Positions 7,656-14,085 of a stretch of DNA of 14,140 nt are shown here, piece by piece. Position numbers and translations under genes: made by a program. The number at the start of each line of letters is the position of its first letter. Positions within the stretch are counted from its first letter, which is position 1. The stretch lies in assembly GCA_049521795.1 (NCBI GenBank), contig JBEKOM010000016.1:1-14140 (forward strand), given 5' to 3'. The stretch comes from Candidatus Bathyarchaeia archaeon (GTDB taxonomy: Archaea; Thermoproteota; Bathyarchaeia; Bathyarchaeales; Bathycorpusculaceae). The notes beneath the pieces are model-generated. The model was not told the origin of the DNA. It did not search any database and saw nothing but the letters and a program-made list of their open reading frames with translations.

Positions 7656-8689
7656 TCAAATAGCTTGTGAATTGGCAGCTTAATTTCGCTTGAGCTCGTT
7701 ATCTCAAACTTGGGCAATTTGATATCATCGTACGTGCCAAACACTTTGTCGGTTTGTGAGATAGCTAGGGCAATCTCGCCTCTTTTTCCGGTTAGAACAA
7801 CTTCATCAAGTGGGTTAATTAGAAGAATATCTTTAGAAACTAGAGATTCATATACGTTTATGACCCTTCTGACCATCTCAATTAATTCGCTGTTCTTTGC
7901 CAATGCCTTTGAATACGCTTCAATGAACCCACGTAGGAGATTCTTATCACTTGCAAGAGCTCTTGCCATTTTGTTCAGAAACTCTGCAAGTCCATTTCGT
8001 TCCTCTGTGGATAGTTCCTGGAATTCTTTCTTGTCCCACTCGAGCATTTCCTTAAGAGATGATCTGAATTGAGGAAAATCTTTTGCGAGATTCTTCAGTT
8101 CCGTTATAAGGTCTGCTCTAAACTTCTCTGCGAAATCTCGATGTTCAGGTGGAGTCTCAATCTTGACAGAGCTTCCCTTTGTTGTAGAAACATGCAATAT
8201 TAGCACGCCTCTTCCAATATTCTTGACTCCTATTCGACCTCTAATGAATCCTGTTGAAGGATCAACTATCATTTCTTCAGCTTTGATCTTGATTTCTAGT
8301 TCAGGTCTGAACAACTTGATCTTCCTTGTCTCTTTGACCACTTCTCCATTCGACGCATGAATTGTGTATTCAACGGGAACGATAACCTCCAAGGCAGCAA
8401 CTCTTACCGATTCAAATGACAAACCAATATAGCCATCTAACTCCACATTTTTTACAACGATGTTATCGCCGTGAATCTCCCAAGATCCGGCATTGAAGAT
8501 CTCTTTGAATTTCAATGGAGAATGGAAAGTGACTTGAACTGAATCGACTTTCATGTTTTCCCAAAGGATGTGAGAAGGTATGTTTTCACCTTGCAGGCCC
8601 TCATTTGGCAGATAAATAGACTGTCTTGGTAGTGTGCGCGCGACTTTGAGAGGTTGCTCAGCGAGGACTAGTTCTGATTTGGTTGGCAT
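7646..8689 (-). CDS. Hypothetical protein (~347 aa), gene A of a two-gene cassette
   Basis: Long clean ORF with a beta-rich N-half, a helical middle and a beta C-terminus. Start is ATG 8689 or TTG 8695, just after a TATA-like box. Confidence 0.85.
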   Translation of the reverse strand: MPTKSELVLAEQPLKVARTLPRQSIYLPNEGLQGENIPSHILWENMKVDSVQVTFHSPLKFKEIFNAGSWEIHGDNIVVKNVELDGYIGLSFESVRVAALEVIVPVEYTIHASNGEVVKETRKIKLFRPELEIKIKAEEMIVDPSTGFIRGRIGVKNIGRGVLILHVSTTKGSSVKIETPPEHRDFAEKFRADLITELKNLAKDFPQFRSSLKEMLEWDKKEFQELSTEERNGLAEFLNKMARALASDKNLLRGFIEAYSKALAKNSELIEMVRRVINVYESLVSKDILLINPLDEVVLTGKRGEIALAISQTDKVFGTYDDIKLPKFEITSSSEIKLPIHKLFDWR

Positions 8690-8713
8690 GAGCAAGTCTT
8701 CACTACATATTAG

Positions 8714-8721
8714 ATATTAAT
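8714..8721 (-). promoter_or_regulatory. Putative TATA box of the two-gene cassette
   Basis: Minus strand GGCAAAC-ATTAATAT, ~25 nt upstream of the gene A start, consistent with a leaderless transcript. Confidence 0.5.
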
Positions 8722-8848
8722 GTTTGCCAACTCTAGGTTAAAGTATCCTGCTCACCTTTCATAACCTCCGTAGATTTCCCAGTTTCTCCCCAGACGAGAT
8801 AAACCTCGTTAGAGCCTATTTGTGGGCACTGGCTCTGCATCCCGCCAT

Positions 8849-9127
8849 TTAACCCTGACTTTTTTTCTGCTTTTCCGCCCTTCTTAGCGTTTGGGCTTTC
8901 TTTTTTTCATATCTTAGGATTCCATGCTTGTGTCTTTTCTTCATTCTCTTCCTCTTTGAGATAGCGAAATAGCGACAAGCCTCTTTGAGTGAGGCAACGT
9001 GCTTCTGCTCAAAAAGGCAAAACCTGTTCTCTGCCACAGGCGCATCAATAAAATGCAAGCATTGTGCACATATATGACCGCGTTCTCGGTAATCGCGCCC
9101 GGGTCGTAGCGCGTGCTCAGCAACCAT
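8849..9127 (-). CDS. Small four-Cys metal-binding protein with very basic C-terminal tail
   Basis: CAQCLHF...FC...ACRYF followed by KRKRMKKRHK...KKK. ATG 9127 is preferred over GTG 9160. Confidence 0.6.
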   Translation of the reverse strand: MVAEHALRPGRDYRERGHICAQCLHFIDAPVAENRFCLFEQKHVASLKEACRYFAISKRKRMKKRHKHGILRYEKKKAQTLRRAEKQKKSQG

Positions 9128-9314
9128 CTTCTTCTCTTTTCCAACAGATCTACTGCCCACAGCTACCGCTGCCCCAATTTCCCTACTGTTTCTAACGCTT
9201 ATGACATTTTTTGTTCACCTTGTAAGCGAAATGCACATATTTTCCCTGTTGGCGTGCCCAATGTAGAATCTGTTTCTCGGAACAATCTGCCCTTCTCTAA
9301 GGGACCAAATTCAC

Positions 9315-9794
9315 CTAATTCTCGAAGTTACCCGCACATCCCCGATTCCGCTCAGACTCACCCCACGTATTAACCCCAAAACTAGTAAGAGCCCAGTGCC
9401 ATCCTCGTTTTTCAGCGACATGCTCACCGAGTTCCCGCTCCAAACGCTTATTCATGTGCAGGATCCTTCGGCTAACCTGATGTCGCCTAACCCGAAACTG
9501 GCTGAGGCGAGTTGCAAGGTCTTTCGGTAACAAACCCGCACTGCCAGCTTCAAACAGCAGTTCGAGAATCTCCATATCAACTTCGTCGACGCAAGCAATC
9601 TTCTGGATCATAGGCTTCTCAAAATGAAACATACCCTTTAAACCCGCCAAGATCGTGCGCTGCGCAAGTTTAATCTCTTCAATGTCACGCTGAATCCCTT
9701 TGACCAACTGCAAAGTGTACTTGATGCGACCCACTTTCACCTCTTGCAAACGCTTTTTTCCCGATGTTGGAACAGGTTCAACGTTACTTTCCAT
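9315..9794 (-). CDS. Putative winged-helix DNA-binding protein with N-terminal coiled coil
   Basis: DEVDMEILELL...GLLPKDLATRL...HQVSRRILHMNKRL...WALTSFG follows the wHTH helix-helix-helix-wing layout. Confidence 0.75.
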   Translation of the reverse strand: MESNVEPVPTSGKKRLQEVKVGRIKYTLQLVKGIQRDIEEIKLAQRTILAGLKGMFHFEKPMIQKIACVDEVDMEILELLFEAGSAGLLPKDLATRLSQFRVRRHQVSRRILHMNKRLERELGEHVAEKRGWHWALTSFGVNTWGESERNRGCAGNFEN

Positions 9795-9804
9795 TCAGAA
9801 ACGC

Positions 9805-9960
9805 TCACAACAGTAAAGCGGCAATGTTAAAGACAGCGTAACAAGAGCTTCCACAGTCTACATCAACAGATGCAAGAAGAGCACATGCCAAAAAGCATGG
9901 ACTTTTACCATGCCTTAAAGTACTCTCATAAAAGCCGTTTGAACATGCTCCAACTGACAT
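9805..9960 (-). CDS. Small Cys-rich hydrophobic protein (51 aa), below the ORF-track cutoff
   Basis: MSVGACSNGFYESTLRHGKSPCFLACALLASVDVDCGSSCYAVFNIAALLL. AAGGAG SD lies 8 nt before ATG 9960, and the ORF almost fills the gap between two co-oriented genes. Confidence 0.5.
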   Translation of the reverse strand: MSVGACSNGFYESTLRHGKSPCFLACALLASVDVDCGSSCYAVFNIAALLL

Positions 9961-9979
9961 TTGGCTAGCTCCTTTTATG

Positions 9980-10393
9980 TTAACTTCTCTCCCTCGGCTG
10001 AGAAAGTTTGATGATTAGTTCGGCTTGTGGGACCTTGCTTCTTGCCGCCAAGGCCCTTTTCAAATGTGCAGCGCGTTGCTGAGGATTCAGAGTTTCCCAC
10101 TGTTCCGCAACGGCCTTGAAAAACCTTGCAAGCTGTATATTTTTCTCCATTTCCTGCGTTTCTGCTAGCGTCAGCTGCTTGTTGCCGACGAGTTTGTCAC
10201 TGTACTTTAGAACGTGTTTTTCGTAGATTTCACGGTTGATGTAGCCCATATGGTAGAGACCTTCGACCAATGGGAGCAGCCCCGCGTAGCTTCGTCCGAG
10301 ACCCTTGTCTGCCTGGAGCCTGATGAAAGCAACATACAGCTCCTTGTCCAAGAAAAGCATCACTTTGTGCTCTTGAAAGCGAGCTTTACTCAT
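9980..10393 (-). CDS. Ribbon-helix-helix-like DNA-binding protein with helical C-terminal extension
   Basis: KVMLFLDKELYVAFIRLQADKGLGRSYAGLLPLVEGL fits the RHH pattern of beta-strand, helix A, KGxxxS turn and helix B. Confidence 0.7.
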   Translation of the reverse strand: MSKARFQEHKVMLFLDKELYVAFIRLQADKGLGRSYAGLLPLVEGLYHMGYINREIYEKHVLKYSDKLVGNKQLTLAETQEMEKNIQLARFFKAVAEQWETLNPQQRAAHLKRALAARSKVPQAELIIKLSQPRERS

Positions 10394-10611
10394 GAAAACC
10401 CCCGTCCGAAGGAAACAGTGATTGAGGAGAAAACGGCTACAGTAGATAGGTAGGTACAGTCTGTTTTTGAAGAGAAGTCTCTTTTTGGAAGGAACACCTT
10501 AAAATCGAGCTCCAAGCCTAGTCACGCTCAAGGGCCGCGCCGGGTGAGAAACGAAAAGAAAAAAAAGGGGATTGCGCTGGAGATAGAACCTGTCGACTCC
10601 GGGAGATAGTG

Positions 10612-10618
10612 TTTAAAG
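10612..10618 (+). promoter_or_regulatory. Putative TATA box of the tRNA gene
   Basis: TTTAAAG ~55 nt upstream of the mature tRNA 5' end. Confidence 0.45.
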
Positions 10619-10669
10619 GCGTTGAGGAACACTTGTTTTTCAAGTCTGAAATGATGGTTTCAGCTTCAA

Positions 10670-10747
10670 GGGGCTGTCGGCTAGCTTGGTCTAGGCTATG
10701 AGCCTCGGGCGCTCGTGACCCCGGTTCAAATCCGGGCAGCCCCACCA
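10670..10747 (+). tRNA. tRNA-Pro (anticodon CGG), intronless, CCA encoded
   Basis: Acceptor stem GGGGCTG/CAGCCCC, D region TAGCTTGGTCTAG, anticodon stem TGAGC/GCTCG with loop CT-CGG-GC (10706-10708), T arm CCCGG-TTCAAAT-CCGGG, ACCA end, then a T-run. Confidence 0.97.
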
Positions 10748-10856
10748 CTTTTGTTAGGCCCGCACCTCTTCGTTTGCAGGGTCCGGCCGTAATCTGTGAT
10801 TTGTGCTCTGCGGTCGTGGTGTTTCGCGTTTGACCCCCCTGTTCAGAAGTAACGGT

Positions 10857-10890
10857 TTTGGTAATGTTGTTTGGTAATGTTGTGTGGTAA
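10857..10890. repeat. 13-bp tandem repeat TTTGGTAATGTTG x2 plus a partial third copy
   Basis: 10857-10869 and 10870-10882 are identical; TGTGGTAA follows at 10883-10890. Confidence 0.85.
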
Positions 10891-10936
10891 CAAATCATGA
10901 AGCGCGCCGGCCGTTAAACATAAATTGGGCGCTCTG

Positions 10937-11059
10937 AGAATGCGGACTTGAACCCGTTTGGGTATGGGGACGGGTAGCCCTATTATGTTCCAGAGGAAGA
11001 ATTGGACTCGAACCCTTTTGAGTATGGACGCGTGGAAGCCTCAACCCTTTAGGGCATGG
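10937..11059. repeat. Spaced degenerate direct repeats (24-30 bp; two copies plus a partial third)
   Basis: GGACTTGAACCCGTTTGGGTATGG (10944-10967) and GGACTCGAACCCTTTTGAGTATGG (11004-11027) are 21/24 identical, each preceded by AGAAT. A partial copy AACCCTTTAGGGCATGG lies at 11043-11059. Confidence 0.75.
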
Positions 11060-11156
11060 GTCGCAGAAAAATGAGGGTTTCGAAAATATGTTTCAAGTGT
11101 TTCTATGCTTCGCTTCGCGTGCGCTCTGAGGTGTCATCTGTGCCATGCGATTTTGA

Positions 11157-11630
11157 TTACTGCGTCATTTTGGCCCTTTTCAGGTGCATTTCTTCGAGTT
11201 TTCTGTATTTTTCGGCGCGCTCTTCGAAAAGATTCGATATGCTGGTTCTGTACGCCCTGAATTCTCGGCATATGTCAGATTCTGATTCGTCGTCCATTTC
11301 CCTGGCCATGGACCCGTGCCTTTTTGCCGTTTGAGCATCGACATCGCTGATCTTTCGTTCATTGAACGCTATTGCTGCGTAATGCTTTTGACGTTTAGCG
11401 ACGGTTTCAACGTCTTTTGCAAGCCTAGCGTACAGCCTTGCTTTCTGTCTCTCAAGTTCCTTTCTTTCCTTCGGTGTCATCTTAAGGTTGTCATCCGTGA
11501 AGCCCATCCGGAACAAGGCCTCATGGATACCGTGTTTTGCACCGGCTGTGTCTCCTTTCTCTAAGCACATCAGTGCATAATGCAAGGCGCCTAGGACTGG
11601 TTGCGGGTCTAGGGTCAAATCTTTCGTCAT
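11157..11630 (-). CDS. Hypothetical alpha-helical protein (157 aa)
   Basis: ATG with GGTGA SD just upstream and TTAAAT boxes further up; charged helical composition. Confidence 0.8.
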   Translation of the reverse strand: MTKDLTLDPQPVLGALHYALMCLEKGDTAGAKHGIHEALFRMGFTDDNLKMTPKERKELERQKARLYARLAKDVETVAKRQKHYAAIAFNERKISDVDAQTAKRHGSMAREMDDESESDICREFRAYRTSISNLFEERAEKYRKLEEMHLKRAKMTQ

Positions 11631-11638
11631 TTTTTCAC

Positions 11639-11681
11639 CGTGTCTTCAGATTTAAGCTGTGTCGTGTCTGATACATTTAAG
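11639..11681 (-). promoter_or_regulatory. Tandemly duplicated TATA-containing promoter unit
   Basis: Minus strand CTTAAAT-GTATC-AGACACG (11681-11663) and CTTAAAT-CTGA-AGACACG (11656-11639). Confidence 0.5.
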
Positions 11682-11724
11682 TTTTTCAAGGAGCACTGAG
11701 ATTTTTTCTGTGTTTCATTCAACG

Positions 11725-12978
11725 CTAGAAGTAGGGTTGGTTTCTCGCAAGGCTCTCTGCAAGTTCCTGGTAGGTGTCGATGATGGCTTCTCTCAAGTCC
11801 GTTCTCTGGCTTTTTTTCTCCACTCTTTCGCGCAGGATTTCAGAGAGGTTTCCACGTTCTATCCTTTTCTCGATTATAGGGAGATATTTTTCTTCGTCGG
11901 CTGTGGCGTTCCTCAGAGCGATGTTGTAATAATATTTGCAGACTCGACGCGCAGTCTCTCCGTGTGGGTGATGAACGCTGGCGCTGAGTCCATTCATCAT
12001 GATTGCGTTGAGATCCTGTACCAGGACATTGTGAGGGAGAAGCTCTGGATCCTGATTCATTAGTCCCCTCAGGGCCGCTCTGATGAAACAGCTCAGTGCG
12101 ACGTCTGATTTGATGCATTCTTGTTCGTCCATTATTCGAATTTCGATGGCTTTTCTGTCGAACCTGAAAATCACTCCTCGGCTGTTCACCCATTCCTTGT
12201 TCAGAACAAGCTTATCTGCGCCTGCCTTGGATAGATCGTCAGAGTACTTGCCTATGATGTTCGTTTTGTACTGGCTGAACGAGGATGTGTATTCTGGAAT
12301 CACGTCGCCGGTTACTGATGGGATTTCTTTTTGGTTTTGCATGTAGAAGTACAGTCTGTTGTCGACTTCGTCTCCAAACCTGCCTTCGTAGATTGGCGAA
12401 GAAGCGCTGATTGCGGACAAGTATGGGCACAGGTTTGCAAGCGTGTTGTTAAGCAAAATTGCGCTTTCTTCGTTTGAGTATGGGAGGTTGAGGTGGAAGC
12501 TCTGAATGTTGAGCCATCCGTGCCGTCTGAGGTTGAAGATTTTGCTGTAAGCCTCGTAGATTTGTCTGTGCCGGTGGGGCCAAATTCCCGTTTCGTCAAG
12601 TTCCAGTAGTGGATGCATGCCCGTTCCAAGAAGATGTGCGTGAAACTTACGCCGCAGGAAATCCTGAATGGTCAAGATGGCTTCCTGCATTGTTTCCTCA
12701 AACTCCACCGGTGTCTTGAAGGGAGCGTTGGGCTTGAATTCCATGACGTGCAACTGAAGCTCTTTGCCAAAGGTAAAGCCTGGCTCTTCGACGAAGTTGA
12801 CAACTCGGCCATGGAAATCCTTTATGATCTTGTCTACGATGGGCAACGCCTCAAGCTCGTCATTCACAATTGAAAACTCATGCTCTGGACCCAGGACTTC
12901 CAGGGTTTTGTACGTGAAGGCTCCACTCTTGATGAAGCTGTTCTCCACGATTGAATATAAGGCTACAATCAAACACAT
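11725..12978 (-). CDS. Glutamate--cysteine ligase family 2 (GCS2/YbdK-like carboxylate-amine ligase); start uncertain
   Basis: Family motifs GPEHEFSIV, KELQLHVMEF, GTGMHP, QSFHLNLP, ASSPIYEG, DNRL and AIEIRIMD. Confidence 0.92.
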   Translation of the reverse strand: MCLIVALYSIVENSFIKSGAFTYKTLEVLGPEHEFSIVNDELEALPIVDKIIKDFHGRVVNFVEEPGFTFGKELQLHVMEFKPNAPFKTPVEFEETMQEAILTIQDFLRRKFHAHLLGTGMHPLLELDETGIWPHRHRQIYEAYSKIFNLRRHGWLNIQSFHLNLPYSNEESAILLNNTLANLCPYLSAISASSPIYEGRFGDEVDNRLYFYMQNQKEIPSVTGDVIPEYTSSFSQYKTNIIGKYSDDLSKAGADKLVLNKEWVNSRGVIFRFDRKAIEIRIMDEQECIKSDVALSCFIRAALRGLMNQDPELLPHNVLVQDLNAIMMNGLSASVHHPHGETARRVCKYYYNIALRNATADEEKYLPIIEKRIERGNLSEILRERVEKKSQRTDLREAIIDTYQELAESLARNQPYF

Positions 12979-13413
12979 AGCGCGCGCTAACTGTCCATGA
13001 ACAGTGAGAAAATGAAGGTCATGACTCTGGCATTACCAGCCAAATTGGTCGGACTGGAGAAGAAACATGAAGTCAAGAGGTTGGAGCATGGACCGTAGTT
13101 CCGGAGCATCTACTAGTATGGGCGCGCGCGTATGAAGCCCCAAGTTCAGATGCACTCCGGGAATTCTCTGTGGAAACAGAAATCGTAAGCTGGATGGCTT
13201 GGAACACGAGCGAAACCAAATTAGCAATGAGTCTCGAAGAGAGCCTGAAATTACTAAGATAAGCCAAACGGAAGCGCGCGCTCTAGGGTTAATGCCAAGT
13301 GCGACCTATGAAATACTTGTGGAAGCTTGCCCAGACGAAACTGGAAAGAGCAATGAGTTTTGCTTTCGAAACTTTTATCTTTGGTTTTGCTGATAGTGAA
13401 ACAGGATCAGGCT

Positions 13414-13611
13414 ATGGTGCTGTGTCCTAGGTGTGGAAACGAAGCATTAGATTCATCGACGGAGTGGGAATTTGCTGATTTCCACGTCAAGCTTTTTGTC
13501 TGCTCCAAATGCAAGAAGTCATTCAAGGCATATTATCGACAGGGAAAGTTTCACACCATACCCAAACATTCTGGACAAACGTTCCATTCAGGGTCAGCGC
13601 ACTCGCGCTAG
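13414..13611 (+). CDS. Small zinc-ribbon protein, possibly Cren7-like
   Basis: MVLCPRCG...EWEF...VKLFVCSKCKKSFKAY has two CxxC pairs and a W...LF...F pattern. CGAAA-C-TTTTAT (BRE/TATA) at 13367-13378 supports ATG 13414. Confidence 0.7.
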   Translation: MVLCPRCGNEALDSSTEWEFADFHVKLFVCSKCKKSFKAYYRQGKFHTIPKHSGQTFHSGSAHSR

Positions 13612-13734
13612 TCAAGAAACAGAAAGAGAAGGATCGGGTTAATTGACAAAAAATGGGTTCCGCTCTTTGTCGAGCCAAGCTGGCTCCTGCAAGAGACTAA
13701 AAAGTGAACGATAGAATTTGAAAGAGGTGAAAGA

Positions 13735-13887
13735 ATGGAAAAAAAGAAGTTGGACTTGGTCTTCATCGATAAGCATGGAAAGGTGTATCCGATAGATGAT
13801 GTTTCCAGAGCAGAATTAGCTGAGGGTCTTGAAAAGATCTCCAAAGAAATCGCAAAGAGACTGCTATTGGTGAAAGAACAAAGGTGA
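13735..13887 (+). CDS. Small hypothetical protein (50 aa), below the ORF-track cutoff
   Basis: Perfect archaeal SD GAGGTGA (13724-13730) before the ATG; MEKKKLDLVFIDKHGKVYPIDDVSRAELAEGLEKISKEIAKRLLLVKEQR. Confidence 0.7.
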   Translation: MEKKKLDLVFIDKHGKVYPIDDVSRAELAEGLEKISKEIAKRLLLVKEQR

Positions 13888-14004
13888 AACCCATAGTATT
13901 CTCGTTTTTCCAGTTCCCGGAAGCTACCCTGCGTTTCAGTCTTGAGGAGATTCTGAGATCGATCTACAAGTGAGTGAGTGAGACTTCAAGAGATGTACGC
14001 GGGT

Positions 14005-14085
14005 GAGGCTCAAGAGCTTATCTAGGCTGGATTTGCGTTCGTCTGCACCTATGAAGGTCTCATGATCTTCAGAAGGCGCAAGTGG
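14005..14085 (+). pseudogene. Decayed C-terminal fragment of a probable tyrosine integrase
   Basis: Translates EAQELI*AGFAFVCTYEGLMIFRRRK, with TAG at 14023-14025 where Glu is expected. It resembles the EAxxLIEAGFEYVxxxxGxxIFRKRK tail recalled from Bathyarchaeia integrases. No catalytic domain is present upstream. Confidence 0.5.

Larger units (their letters stand above)
1..10669 (-). mobile_element. Integrated archaeal head-tail virus (provirus), right-hand part; continues beyond the left window edge
   Basis: Co-oriented TerS-like, TerL, portal and prohead protease genes with small DNA-binding genes upstream, ending next to a tRNA gene. No integrase or att duplicate lies in this segment, so the right boundary is inferred. 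Confidence 0.8.

Noticed and set aside
8794-8836. Two small hairpins (ACGAG/CTCGT and AGAGCC/GGCTCT) as terminators
   Set aside because: Stems of 5-6 bp without a U-tract are too weak to call.
9190-9310. Minus-strand open frame WSLREGQIVPRNRFYIGHANREKYVHFAYKV...
   Set aside because: About 39 codons with no canonical start at its 5' end; cannot be supported as a gene, though it may be a remnant.
10937-11059. Bona fide CRISPR array
   Set aside because: Only two non-identical full copies, an irregular third, and no leader or cas genes. Kept only as a repeat of unknown function.
11659-13000. Multiple ORFs overlapping GCS2
   Set aside because: Shadows of a confident CDS, with non-protein-like composition.
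13556-13567. 12-bp inverted match CCATACCCAAAC to the repeat at 10956-10967
   Set aside because: Several 12-bp matches are expected by chance within 14 kb.
5997-14025. Global TAG recoding (e.g. pyrrolysine) suggested by in-frame TAGs at 5997-5999 and 14023-14025
   Set aside because: terL, GCS2, the SHOCT gene and others end at TAG where the protein plausibly ends, so TAG behaves as a stop; no pyl genes are in the window.
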